A stretch of DNA of 64,000 bases, from assembly GCA_976551045.1 (NCBI GenBank), contig CDPCPM010000007.1, forward strand, positions 8,494,001 through 8,558,000, in the 5' to 3' direction. Source of the DNA: Glaucostegus cemiculus. Taxonomy: Eukaryota. How positions within the stretch are numbered: position 1 is the first letter of the stretch; the number at the start of each line of letters is the position of its first letter. Position numbers and translations under genes: made by a program. Shown here piece after piece: positions 12,602-26,499 of the stretch. The notes beneath the pieces were generated by a model. The model searched no databases. It was not told where the DNA came from and saw only the letters and a program-made list of their open reading frames with translations.

Positions 12602-14763
12602 ATAAGCTTGCTGGAGGGACGGCAGAACATAAATGGGTGGAATTTAAGCAAGTAATAAGGAAAATGCAGGATAGACACATTCCAAGAAAAAAGGTTTTAA
12701 ATGGAAAAAGGGCACAAATGTGGATAACGAGAGAGGTGAAAGCTAAAATAAGAGCAAAAGGGAGGGCATATAAGGAAGCAAGAAAAAGCGGGAAAACAGA
12801 AGACTGGGAAACTTTTAAGAACCTACAGAAAGAAACTAAGAAGGTCATTAGGAAAGAAAAGAGAAATTATGAAATGAAATTGGCAGAGAACATTCAAAAG
12901 GATACTAAGAGTTTTTTTAAATATATAAGAAGTGAAAGAGAGACACGGGTTGATATAGGACCAATAGAAAATGATGCGGGAGAGATTATTATGGATGATA
13001 AAGAGATGGCGGAGGTGCTAAATCAGTATTTTGCGTTGGTCTTCACGGTGGAAGATATTAACAATATACCGGTTAGTCAAGGGTCTCGAGGGACGGAATT
13101 AAGTACAGTTAAGGTTACTAGAGAGAAAGTGTTGGGGAAGCTAAATGGGTTAAAGACTGATAAGTCTCCGGGACCGGATGAGATACATCCCCGTGTACTG
13201 AAGGAAGTAGCTTTAGAAATAGTGGAGGCATTAGTGATAATTTTTCAGGAATCGATAGACGCTGGAGAGGTTCCGGAGGACTGGAGGGTTGCGAATGTAG
13301 TTCCATTGTATAAGAAAGGCGGGAGACAGCACAAAGGAAATTACAGACCTATCAGTCTTACGTCCGTGGTGGGGAAGATACTAGAATCGATCCTCAAGGA
13401 CGAGGTGATGGGATACATGGAGGTGCGAGGCAAGATAGGTCCTAGTCAACATGGGTTCGTGAAAGGAAGATCCTGCCTGACCAATTTATTGGAGTTTTTT
13501 GAAGAAATCTCAGATAGGGTGGACAAGGGAGAGGCTGTAGATGTAGTGTATTTAGACTTTCAGAAGGCATTCGACAAGGTGCCGCACAAAAGACTAATTA
13601 GTAAGATGAGAGATCACGGAATAACAGGCAGGATAACAGAATGGGTGGAGCGTTGGCTGGATGGCAGGAAACAGAGGGTGGGAATAAAAGGTTCCTGTTC
13701 TGGTTGGCTGCCGGTTACTAGTGGTGTTCCACAGGGGTTGGTGTTGGGGCCCCTTCTTTTTACCTTGTATATTAATGATTTAGACGAAGGAGTTAATGGG
13801 TTTGTGGCCAAGTTTGCAAATGACACTAAGATTGGGGGGGGGGAGTGGAGAGTATTGAGGAGACAGGAAAGTTACAGAGAGACTTGGATATTCTAGGAGA
13901 ATGGGCGAAGAAATGGCAGATGAGGTTCAACGTGGAAAAATGTGCAGTTGTACACTTCGGAAGTAGAAATGGACGGGCAGACTATTATCTAGAAGGAGAT
14001 AAAATTGGAAGCACAGAAGTACAAAGGGACTTAGGGGTGCTAGTACAGGATAACCTAAAGGTTAACCGCCAGGTTGGATCGGCAGTAAGGAAAGCGAATG
14101 CTATGTTGGCATTTATTTCGAGGGGTATAGTATATAAAAGCAAGGAAGTGTTGATGAGGCTATACGGGGCACTGGTGAGGCCTCACTTGGAGTACTGTGT
14201 GCAGTTTTGGGCCCCATACCTTAGGAAGGATGTGCTGATGTTGGAGAGGGTTCAGAGGAGATTTACTAGGATGATTCCTGGGATGAAAAAGTTTACATAT
14301 GATGAGCGACTGTCGTCACTTGGACTGTACTCGTTGGAGTACAGAAGAATGAGAGGGGACCTAATAGAAACGTACAAGATGTTGAAAGGAATGGACAAAG
14401 TGAATGTGATCAAGCTGTTTCCCCTGGTGGGGGAATCCAGGACTAGAGGACACAACCTTAGAATTAGAGGAAGCAGGTTCAAAACAGAGATAAGGAGGAA
14501 TTTCTTTAGCCAGAGGGTGGTAAACCTGTGGAACTCCTTACCACAGAAAGCAGTGGAAGCCAGATCATTGGGGATATTCAAGAAGGAAATAGATAGATAT
14601 CTAATTGGTCAAGGTATCAAGGGATATGGAGATAAGGCAGGGATTTGGACTTAGAATAGGGTTTTTTTTCTCTTATCCTCTTTTTTTCCCCACCCTCCCT
14701 TCCCTTTGGAGCAGACTCGATGGGCTGACTGGCCTGCTTCTGCTCCATTGTCTTGTGATCTTG
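12602..14763 (+). mobile_element. Young 5'-truncated CR1 LINE (ORF2 reverse transcriptase pseudogene)
   Basis: RT motifs KSPGPDEIHPRVLKE, NYRPISLTSVVGKILE, QHGFVKGRSCLTNLL, YLDFQKAFDKVPH, SGVPQGLVLGP and FAND, plus C-terminal LVRPHLEYCVQFW and RRNFFSQRVVNLWNSLP. One frameshift at a G10 run (13834-13843). Tail (TCTTGTGA)2. Candidate TSD TGAAAAT at 12595-12601 and 14764-14770. Confidence 0.96.
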
Positions 14764-15496
14764 TGAAAATGTGTGCCACACTTCAAATCAGTAAATCTTT
14801 AACACCTGCTCATCCAGATTCATACAACAATATGAATGTTCACCAAACTGCCATGAAGTTTCCCAACATGTGTCATTTGCTTTTTTACTGGATTCCTCTC
14901 TAATTATTGCTTATCAATTAGGAGGGCATAATATCATTAAAACATAACTTAAGAACACCTAATCAGCAGCAAGTGTACAATTGTTATTAGACCTTCATTG
15001 CACTGCTGATTAAAAAAAAAACACTGCCCAATTCATTGACACCGCCAGTCCTCATACATGTATAAAATTCAAGAATTCAAGCACATCAATCCAAAACTGT
15101 TTGGCCATAACTCACTATACAAAATATTAACTGAAAAAGTGAGTCCATATATTGATTAGCTTTTCCAATAACTTGAATTCTGCTAGGGTGCAAAATTTTC
15201 TCCTTTAACAATAAGCAAAAGGATGCAATGGACGCATGCTGCGTGGGGTTGGGGTTGGTAGATAGTTGCATGAAATATATTATGCATTTAGTTCCTTCTC
15301 TTCCTCTGGACAGTGTTTTAGGATCACCTCAGAATGGGCAAGTTCTACTTCATGAATAAATAACAATGTTTGATTCTGATGGTGCCGTTTCAGCCACTGA
15401 GCTTACATAATGATCATGTGGTCTATTTAACTAAATACACGTGAAAAGTATGCAGAATGTTTTACAATCAATATTCTTCTGTATTGATACACTACT

Positions 15497-15845
15497 GTAG
15501 AATACAATACAGAAAGAGGCAAGTTGGCAAAACTGAATCTGTATCAGTCTTACTGCCACATGAGAACAATAAATTCTAATCATGTTTTCCCACCTCATTT
15601 CCTTACCCATTTAACTCCTTTCCTTCATCCACATTGGTCTAAGTTTTGAATCTCAACATGGTATCCCTGGAAGTGTATTCCAGAGCCACTTTTGTATGAA
15701 GATGATTCTTCTGCTCTCTGATCAAAGTCTCCGATATCAAAGTTAATTTCTATGGTCCCCTGCTCATGGAAACAACTTGCTTCCATTTACCTTCTTGCCT
15801 CCTTTCAGAATTCTGGACATCTACCACATTACCCATAATCTATTG
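15497..15845 (-). mobile_element. Old CR1 3' fragment
   Basis: The reverse complement shows CR1 C-terminal and 3'UTR remnants ending CCTCTTTCTGTATTGTATTCTAC. Confidence 0.55.
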
Positions 15846-18800
15846 TTGGACAGAATAAAATATTAACCTATACTTCTAAGAGTTTATCATCTTGAGGTGT
15901 TGCCATCAGTGTTCAGTCTTCCCCTCTCCCCTTCCATAATATTGAGCCTACCCTAATGGTAGGCTCACAATTAAGCCTATGATATTAAAAGCAAACTATT
16001 AGCATAGCATATTAAATTCACCAATTCCAACCATGGGATTATAAAGATATGAACTTTGGCTCACAGCCAGCATTCATTTCAATCCTTGATATGCTTTTTG
16101 CAGATTGGAATTAATATATACCAATTTTCTCATGTACCGTTAACATCCTCATACAGGTTTTTCAGTGTGTACCCGTCGGTGGCATGCTCCCCTTAATGTG
16201 GTTTAAATTGAATCTTTGTACCATATTTTATGGCACGGGAAATTTTTGTGCAAATATACACAGCGAAAATCAATTTAATTGGTAGGACGGTATATTTCCC
16301 AAAAGAGAATGGTAAGGAATATGTAAAAGAAAAAAGAAAAGTTCATATGTGAAAATGATTACACAGGAAAGGAGCTGGTAGGAGTGCAGAAAGAAGGGAA
16401 ATGCTGTGTGTGGGAGTCTTCTGGCTCAATTTGCTGTTTCCCTTTCTCAGTAGTCACTGAAAGTTATTTTGAGGTATCAACGTAGATTGATTTTAAAATA
16501 ACATTTTGCTCATAGTTGTCCAAGACTGAATAAAATATATGCTCTATAACCAATGTGAAAATATGCTTATGTTCTTTAATATTTGGGTAATAAATCTAAA
16601 AGATATATTTTAGGCATAATTTTATGTTTTCATATCTGAGTTCTGTTTCATCACTGTACATCTCCTTTTCATAACATCTGTTTGTAGTTAGTCAGGATTA
16701 GACTTTTCCAAACAAATTCCTTCTCTATTTTCAAAAAAAAATTGTAATTCTGATCTGCGGTTCTAATTCTACCAAACCGACTTCAGTTTGCAGAATAAAA
16801 AGCGCTATGGATGTAAAAATCTTTGAACAAACTTCCTCTCTCTGTGATTGAGAAATGATGTTGGAAAGTGCCAACTGAATGACGAATTCAGGGTGAGCTA
16901 AATTCAATTTTCCAACAGTACAGCATCAAATTCTCTGTTGTTCAAAGGAATTGCTTCAAATTACTCAGGTAAAAAACAGAACTTTAACCAGTTTCCAAAA
17001 AAACTTTTTTAACCTGCCACACAGCAGAAAAACTAGAGCACCAAACTTTGCATGACGTGAAGTGTCGTTGAGTTCAGAATACTTTTTGAAAAAAAAGTAT
17101 AATATTTTAATCCCCAGTGGATAAACATTCATCCTGTGAGACATAGGGATAAAGATTTTAATGGCATCTTGCTTTAGGATTCACAATAAATAAGGCAAAG
17201 ATGAGTTCCCATCTTCTTAGAACTAAATTACTGAGATTAAAAATATGTAAACACAAAATGAATGTATTCCATTTGCATATTACATTTCACTCTTAAAGTT
17301 GATATGGAAGATTAAGAGACAGCATTTAATCCTCACTATCCTAATCCCTAAAATTACAAAGCAGACACAAGTGCATGTCTGCAGCAGTAAATTACCCTGA
17401 AATAAAGCAAATTCAGTATGGAAAGAGAAGCATATTTATATTACAGTGCTTTAAAATTCTATCGCCTAAACAGATTTTTTCCCCAACATTAACTAAACTC
17501 TGACCAAAAAGCTTGCTTCTTCTACAGTTAAGCAACCACATTTTTATTTCCAAGTCTAAAATGACACCAATATTTTGAAGCTCTTAAATTCTTTGATTAA
17601 GCAAGTTAATGATTTTCAAGCGATTACTCCCCCAAATGTTACTTTGTTCTTTTACCAGTTCTCTGTGTTTGAACTAGTAAGACTACTCAGGAAATTACAC
17701 TATTACACTTTGAAAAAATTAGTATGGAAATAATTTAGGTTTCTGTGCTATAAATTAGTAGCTGAGTGATCTAATGACTAGTGTTATGTGGTTTGTAATG
17801 GTAAGACAAATGTTAAGTTGCTGTGTTTGGAGGTCCCACCTTTCACCCGTACAGTCAAATCTCTCGTCTGTAAAAGTGAAAGACATCTGAACAAGTAAAG
17901 ACCAAAGCAGAAACTCCTCTTCACATTTCTGTTCTCTTACAACTTGCAAACTCCCAGAAGTTCTTTTTATGTTACATTCAACAGTAGAAATTAAAACTGA
18001 AATATTCTTTTTATGTGTTGTATTGCTTTTCAGTCCTAAAGTAACAATTCTCAGGCATAATTCTGATCCAAACTAGCTGGAGGTAAAATATGAAAAGTAA
18101 ATGGTATTATTTTTCCAAACAACTATAATCAAGATTTCTAAAACAGTTTTTGTTGAGCTTTGGGGAAATAATCAGATTTATTTTCCATGGCATATTCTAA
18201 ATTAAGGAGAATTCTCTTGTATATCCACAGTAAGCCACATATATTGAAAGGATGCAACAATTCTTAACCAACTCCAGCCAACTCCAGTCATGCAGTCTCA
18301 CATATGCAATTATAAAAGCAGACTAATGAAAGCTGCACAAATTGCAATTAATTTTCATTTTAAAGAAATCATTCCAGACTAATCAACTGCCTATCAAATG
18401 TCCATGTGAATTACACTGTACAAAAGTAAAATCATTAGCTCAAAATCATATGACACAAATTTCATATAAATAAAAGAATGTTTGATCAGGGAAAGCATAA
18501 AATCTAACAAATTCCAAGCGATTGTAAAAGAAAAATAAACCATCCAAGTTTTGGATTTTACAGTCACAGTTCTACAAAATGGAATTTGGACTCATTCAAA
18601 GTGGCTAGCTGTTCTGTTTTTGGAAACCCTAAATCTATATACTGATTTTCCAAAATTTAGATCAACATTTTTCATAATATTTGGAAATGGGATTTTTTTA
18701 AAAAATGTGTTTTATCTCTAAAGCCCAGGAACTGCCAACTCACATTTTAGACATTTGTATTTTATGCATCATAACTGGCTTTTCCTTCCTAGTACCAGTA

Positions 18801-20122
18801 GAGACTGATATTATTGTTAACAAAACTATATTTCTACATTAATGCCATACCTTCTGTTAGAAGCAATTTATGAAAGTGTGCTTTTTGAAACTAATACATT
18901 TGAATTCTTTGTCTATAACAAAGAATGAATGTCATTTCCTGGAATAAAGAATGATTAACTGTAACCATGGTAAACAAATATATAAAATACAAAAAAACCT
19001 TTCAAATACAGTCTTATTTAAACTGTAATATCCACCACAGAGTAGGTCTGAGTAAGGTAACTATATCCAGTATTTGCCTTTTCTTAAAAGCTCAAGGAAC
19101 ATTCAGTGAAGCAGGAGCACAGAAACCCTTTTGTGAGCTTCTTTCTTGTAAACTCCTGGTGATTGGCATGTCCTGCACTCTCTTTGGGCCACTATATACT
19201 GAAGTCATCATCTACACCAAAGATTACAATGGTGGGCATAATGAGTCTGCATACAAAGTGTACTCAACATGCCAATGTCTGCTTTGAAGATTAGAACATT
19301 TTGTTTTCTTTGATTTTGGGCAAAGAAAATGTAGAAATCAACTGCAGCTTTAGCTAGTTAAAAAAAAAATCCATGTATGGTGTCAGCTGATTCTCACACT
19401 CATAGTATGTCTGATACATTGGTCCTATTTGACTGTGATGATTGAAATTGCTCCAGATACTTTTCGCAGAACTTTACCACACAGCATAAAATTTCATGCT
19501 GTTGTATGTGGCAATTAAAAAAAATAGGTTAGGGTGCACACTCACAAACTGGCTGAACAATTTCTAACCATCGTTAATACTGAATTCCTGATATAGGGTG
19601 AAAAGACTTAACTAATCTACATAAGCTGAAATTCATCAACATTATCCTAAGCAGACAGTTCTATCAGGTCTATTTCATAGCATTAGGGATTACTGCAGAC
19701 AATCTAATCCTACTGAACCTGAGGGAGGTAAGTTACTTGCATATGAAATCCTGGCCAATATGAACAAGAAGGTTAAATGAGTACCTTGGTCTGTAATCAA
19801 ATGTCACAGTCATTACTTATCTATTCAAAGAAAACTAATGTTCAAAATCAATTAGGACACATCATTACGCCTTTGCTTTCTGATTTATATATATAAAAAG
19901 TAGATGGATGGTATAAAGTGTGGAGCAGGGTCTGAAATCAACTTTACAATTGTTGAAGAAGCTGTTAACAATTTTAAATCTTCATGAGCAGTGTTTATTA
20001 TTATTGACAAATACAAAGAATGGATTTATTTTTGTTCACTAACTCATTATGTTTTCTCTGTTGACACTCTTCGTGGGTGATGAAAAAACACATTTGTAAG
20101 TAACCACTCAGCATCTAGGCTC

Positions 20123-20143
20123 AGAAGAAGAAGAAGAAGAAGA
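20123..20143 (+). repeat. (AGA)7 microsatellite
   Basis: Read directly from the sequence. Confidence 0.9.
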
Positions 20144-23100
20144 AAATACAATTAAGAGTGGTGTATTTATAGAGACAGAATAATTCTACTGGGCCAATAT
20201 TTACCTAGACTCTGAATATTCTCTTGATTTTCATATGGTAACATTAGGTGAACATGTGAAAATTGAAAAAGAAAATTCATCTCTATGTTGTTTCTGTTTA
20301 CATATTACTCACACAATGTGCTCATTCCCTCTCTCATTATGCAGATTAAAGCAGATACAAAGGCCTGCATGATTGATCTTCAGGCTACTGAAGTAAAATG
20401 AACAGCTCCTTTGCCATTATTAACTTAGTTTAAATCCCAGAAAAACTACCAGAACTCTTTGTACCAAGCAGGATGCTTCTCTTTGGTGGTCGTCGGTTGG
20501 CGGTGGGGGTTAGGGATGGTTATAGGGTTCAAGGTCAGGGGGTGGTGTTAACAACCCATACTCTTTATCATATCAGTCATTCTGTACAGACTTCACACTT
20601 TATGCACACGGACAAATGGCTTGACTTGTCCAGCAAGCCTGACCTCGAGAAAGGAATGAGATGACATCTGATAATTAATTTTGGGCATTAACAAAATTCA
20701 TCTGCAATGTACATGAGAGGAAAAAACAGCCATTTCACAGAACACATGGGATTTCAATCAGTAAACAGCTTGCGCCAAGAGTTTACTCTGAAGTGGTGAA
20801 ATGACTATCTGCTTATGACCATGAGCGATAAAGAAAGTTCTGTTAATATCTGGATGGATTAATGGAAAGACCAGCGTAAAACTCTTTTTGTTCTGCTACC
20901 CATCCTCACTTAGCTGTCCTTGTATAGTAATTATCATTTCACATTGGTCTGATACAACTTGCAATGTCATTAATCCAGTGCATGCGTGAAAGATGATAAA
21001 AATCAAAGTGAGCTTTGACTAACATTATAAAAGGTATAAATATACACATTCCGCCAATAGCATACAACTGGTCCAACTTGTGAAGTAAATCTTCTTCTGT
21101 AGGGGATATCAGTCTTATATTGATGCAGTTATTTTGGATAATTAATTTGAACAGTTACAAAGGGTCATAATGTATGCTCCCAAAACTACCATATCAAAAA
21201 GAATTGTAATTTAGACTATTAAAATTGACTAAATTCAGATCTCTCACATCTTCAAACTTGGCAATATCTGTTAAATACATTTAAAAAGTTTAAGTTTCAG
21301 CACGTGTGCATATGCACACACACATTTTCCAATTTTCCAATGCACAATGGCTTTTATGCAAAAATGTTAACCACAATTTCTTGACCCTTTTGCAATCATG
21401 TTGGGACAATGACAGTTCAATAATTGGAATTTCCTATATGTCAGGCATTTGATTTAAATTAAAAAGTTGATGCAGGCCTATTTAAATGAAAATAATATGA
21501 CATCAGTGTTAATGATATGCCACTCGGCACATCAACAGCTTCTAATAAAATGCACAGAATTTATACAACCATAGTTTGCATTGATAGTCTGCTCTCAATT
21601 CTATAGCTCAGCTATTCTCCATGCAAGATGTAGCAATAGTGCTGTCATCCATAACGTGGATAATGAGAGATCCTCGGCATGGCTCCCTCAGGAAACTTCT
21701 TTACTAAAAGTCATCTGAGGACCAATTCTCAGTTGTGCTTCCTCGCTAAAGATAAAGACAAGCAATGCATACAGGCCTAGGCGACTCCTTAACCTAAATT
21801 TGCAAAAGGCATAATGGAATCCAGACAGACTATTCTGCTTCACTGATGACAGATGTAGAGATAGAAAATGGAGTAATTAATCAGTTCATTGCTTCCGGCT
21901 CACAGCTAGAAAGACAATGGACACCTCAAGTAAAAATACCCAGGCACACAAGCCCAGCTGAGGAACAGGTGTTGCATGGTATTTGCATTTCTTGCAAAGA
22001 ACGTTCGACAGGAAGTCAAGCAAGCCAAACCTGAAAATTCTTTATTTCAAATGACCCAAAGTGGGCTCTGTAAAATCCACAAAAGGATTATTCATTTACT
22101 CTTCTAAAAAAAACATCTTTTTTGTGTGTGACTGCTCTGTTTATCTTTATATCACTTACTATTGTAAATATGTTTTACAGACACCAAAAATAATATTTTG
22201 GAAAAAAAAACAGCTCTGAGAGTTGGTAGAACAATCATATATTGTAACAGAGAGTATTTGGAGAAAAATCATCAGCTTAAGTTGGTGTTACTGATTCAAT
22301 TCAGATGTTTACTGGTGGGGTTTATGTACCCTGGCCACAGACATACTTTGCGATTACCAGGATAAAGTAAAGTCTGCACTTTATTTTACATTTCTGTAAG
22401 GGACTTCCCCTCACAATATGTGGCTGACGAATACTATTGTTAAAGACTGAAATTTAGTTCTGTAATGTCAATGAAGGGCAGCTAAAATAAAATAGTGTAT
22501 CATGGAAGGCTGAGAGGAAACATTTTGTATTCCACATACAAAAAGACCGTCTAACCTATTCTTTCCTGTATTTTGCTTCTTTTATCACCATTGCTAATTT
22601 ATGATCAGCCAAATCAGCTGCTTCACTGATATAAGAATCATCCTTTTATCAAATTTGCAACAGAAGCTCCACTTCACTGAGATTTGGGAAGAGAGGGAAA
22701 ACAAAGAAAGGAGTGCCCGGATTCCCTGATCAGCATTACTCTAATGCTGACAGGAACCCATTTCAAATAAACTCTGCTGGACCACTACTGTTTAAAATAA
22801 ATGAATTACTACTGAGGTTAAAATAATGTTAATCCAAAAATCAGGATGAGAGATAGAGACAAAGAGAATGAGGAACTATTTTCAGCATTACTCTCACGTC
22901 TAAATTCACCGCATTACAGCACATAACACTGTGAACTGATGTCGATGAGAAATTTAGGTTCATGTGCTTCCACATATTCCTCTCCGCCAACCTGTATTAG
23001 TGACATTAATATCAGCAATTAGACTTAGATTTTAAACCTAATGCAAGAATGTCAGAGGTCCTTTTCATAGTTTGGGGGCTGTATTATTGGCAGAAAGAGG

Positions 23101-23469
23101 AAACTAAGGGCTTAGATGGTAAAGGCTACTGTTCATAATGATGCCACACAGTTACATAAACAACCTGAAATATATCCTGTCACAAACCAAAGGCAGGAAG
23201 TTGTGGATGAGAAATCCAGAACTACTTGTATTGCCATGTATTTATGCTTTAATGGGTTTCCAACTAATTTCCAGTGCACATATGAGGAAGACAAATTTGG
23301 ACTTATGAAGGCAGGAATCAATAAATCTCTTTCAGTTATTTTGCAACATTACCAACATCTCACCAGAGAAGCCAAATATGACATAGAATGCTGTTCTTAA
23401 AAGGCATACAATGTGCCCTATAAATCAGTTCAATACACATTTCCTCAGATAATGAAGTATCTTTTGCTG

Positions 23470-24218
23470 GAGAAGATCTGGACAACCTCCAAGCTTGGAC
23501 TGATAAGTGGCAAATAATATTTGTGACACAGAGGTGCCAACCAATGATCTCTAACAAAAGAGAGTCCAGTAACATCCCCAAAGCCTTCAATGAGTCAACA
23601 TCAAAGAATGTCTTATCTTCAACATGCTGGGGCTCACCTTTCTCAGAAGCTTAAAATGAACCAATCACATAAATATTGTGGTGACAAGAGCAGGTCAGAA
23701 GCAGAATGTTCTACAATGTCTGACTCCTTAAAGCCCCACCACTTACATAACCCTAGAGTGCATCTTCAACAACACTTGAGCAGATCAACACCATCCAAGA
23801 CAAAGCAGCTGACGTGATCATCACTCCACCTACAATCTTAAACAGCCAATCGCAATACCACAGGCAAAAACTTGTTGCCACGTGTACCCTTTCACTGGCT
23901 GCATTGTAACAATTTGCCAATACTTCTTCAATGCCATTTAGAACATGGGCAGCAGGTGCATAGAAACAGCATCACCTCCATCTGACCCTCAAAATCTCGC
24001 ACTTTCCAAACTTGGAAGGACTTTGCTATTCGCTTTATTGTCACTGGATTGAAATTAGCTTCATACTTAATGGGACTTCATGATACCTTTTTCCACACAG
24101 ATTTTAAAGTTCAAGAAGGCAGTTCATCTCCAGCATCTTAAGGACAGTTAGTGAAGGACAACAAATAACAGCCTTGTTAGGGACATCTACATTTCAAGAA
24201 TGAATGAATAAAAAAATA
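23470..24218 (+). mobile_element. Old CR1-clade LINE (family B) 3' fragment
   Basis: GATCTGGACAACCTCCAAGCTTGGACTGATAAGTGGCAAATAATATTT (DLDNLQAWTDKWQIIF), ACAAGAGCAGGTCAGA and tail TTCAAGAAGGCAG...GAATGAATAAAA; collinear with the copies at 24470, 27965, 35385 and 43375. Confidence 0.75.
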
Positions 24219-24469
24219 AATATCTTTTGCCACCAAGTATACACCAACATTTTACAGATTTTACTGAATAATAATAACTATTGTAACAAAGCCCAGCCTT
24301 AAGACCAAGTAGAGTTTATAGGGAGAAAAGATAAACCTAGTTATTCTATAATTATACTAATGAAGTTTATTTCCTTTATTTGGCCTCAGAATCTTGGCAA
24401 CATTGACAAGATTTTATTGACGTTGACATTTCACTGGCAGCTAGACATGTCCTGTCTCGCTGTTCAAGA

Positions 24470-25762
24470 TAGTGTCCATGACCCAACCATCTTTAACTAC
24501 TTCGTCAATGACCCGTTCCGATCATAAGATCAGAAATGGGAGCAGTCACTGATAATTGCACAATGTTCAATTCCATTCACAACTCCTCAGAACCAGTCCA
24601 TGCTTGCAAGCAGCAAGACCTTGACAACACGAGTATGGACTGACAAGTAGCAAGTAATATTTCTACCATAAAAATACCAGACAATGGCCTTCCTCAGCAA
24701 GTCAGAGTCTATTCACATACCCTTTACATTCAGTAGCATTACCAAGGCCAAATCCCCACCACCCTGCGGCTCACCATTGACCAGAAACTCAATTGGTTCA
24801 GTCATAAAAATACCATGGCTACAAGAGCAGGTCAGAGGTTGGTTATTGGGTGGTGAGTGACTCACGTCCTGACACCCCAAGGTCTTTCCACCATCTACAA
24901 GACACAAGTCATGCATGTATCAGCATACTCTCCACTTATCAGGATGTTTCTTTTCCTTAGACAGCCCTTAAGATTGAGGGTGACTTACTTCCCTATGGGC
25001 TTTGTGGGCTCCGCATCAGCTAATGAGGCCAATGCGGGAACCGCAGACTCTTCCATAGATAGGGCAGGAGGGGGCTGGTGAGACAGGTGGGTGGGCAGTT
25101 TGTGAGGTGATGACCTCCTTCCACTGCTGACACAGATCTGTGTGCTCCCAATACATGGCCCCAAGGTTCTCAACACTATCCCGAATGCACCTTCTCCCCT
25201 TTGAAGAGTCATGGGCCAGAGGGTTCCAGGAGTCAGTGAGGATGCTGCACTTCAAGGAAGCTTTGAGCACATGCTTGTTTTTTTTTTTGTCCGTCCAGTA
25301 GTTTCCTCCCATGACAGAACAAAATGCAGCTATAACAACATTCAAGAAACTCAATATCATCTAGGCTAAACAAGCCTGCTTAATTGGCAACCATCCACCA
25401 ACCTCTACCACGAAGGCCACTGTGTGTATCACTTAGAAGATATACTACAGTTACTTTTGAGTTGAGAGCACCTCCCATACTAGCAAGTTCCATCATCAAG
25501 AAGGACAAAGGCAGGAGGCACATGGTAACACCACCAGCCGTATGTTCTCCTTCATCCTGACCTAGTAATATATCACTGTTCCTTCATGTTGCCAGATATA
25601 AATGCTGGAACTCACTCCTCAACAGCAGCGTGGGAGTACCTTCACCAGAAGTACTGCTGTGGTCAAGAAGGCAGCTAATCACCACCTGTCAAGGGCAATT
25701 AGGAAAGGCCACTAAATACGAGCTTTGTCAGCAACACCTACCTCCTGAAAAATGAATAACAT
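24470..25762 (+). mobile_element. Old CR1-clade LINE (family B) 3' fragment, split by an RTE insertion
   Basis: RT remnant (CCCAACCATCTTTAACTACTTCGTCAATGACC), GGCTACAAGAGCAGGTCAGAGG and tail GTCAAGAAGGCAGCT...AAGGGCAATTAGG...AATGAATAA. Confidence 0.78.
24947..25321 (-). mobile_element. RTE-clade LINE 3' fragment
   Basis: Minus-strand frame KHVLKASLKCSILTDSWNPLAHDSSKGRRCIRDSV...CGSRIGLIS matches the RTE ORF C-terminal pattern. The host LINE resumes on both sides. Confidence 0.8.
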
Positions 25763-26499
25763 AAATCTTACTCAGGAGCAATCACTTTTATAATTCAGTA
25801 GTTTGCTACACAACTTCAATAGTCCATAAACAAGCCAACTCCGTAAAGCAGTACAAAATGTGTAGACCTGAAGGACATTAGCTTTATAGTGAACTAAATT
25901 TTTTCTGGTTTTAATCCACAAAATTATCAAATGGCTTGAAATAAGTTTCACAATTTTTACTGGTGGAATTTGAAGTTGTTTGCCTTGAAATTCAAAGTGG
26001 AACACTGTTTTGTGTTATGCAGTGTTATGCAATTGTATGTATATTGCCAAGAGCGAAACACAATAACCAACCTTCTCCAGGTTGTTTGGTATCACTCTGG
26101 AAATTTGACTGGGCAATTCTGGGTGTGTGCCAGTCTTAAATTCTGGATGTAATTTCAGAGACACGTGGGATTATGCCAATCCCTGTGCAACACACTTTTT
26201 GGAGCAATATAAGGGAACTTGGACTGAGCAGCACCCTTCATGTTCTGCTACCCACCTGGCAGCACTCCCAGGTCAACATGGTCTAACAAGCATAACACCG
26301 ACTGGGATGCCTGCCAGCTAAGGGAATTACTTGTCCTCATCCTTCTGGCCCCCTCCTGCGTTGCAGCAACCTCACAAATCTCATCAATCCCAATCCTGAC
26401 CTGAGGGCCTGTCATCCAACACCCAGACCCCGAACTGTTGCACGTGTCCCTGCAGATGCTAAAAAAGAATCTGCCAGTTACCAATTTGCCCCCTCCACT

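Noticed and set aside
12637-14654. Two RT ORFs as a host gene, retron-like system or programmed frameshift
   Set aside because: They are two halves of a 5'-truncated CR1 ORF2 broken at a G homopolymer, with a mutated catalytic motif, a LINE tail and a TSD.
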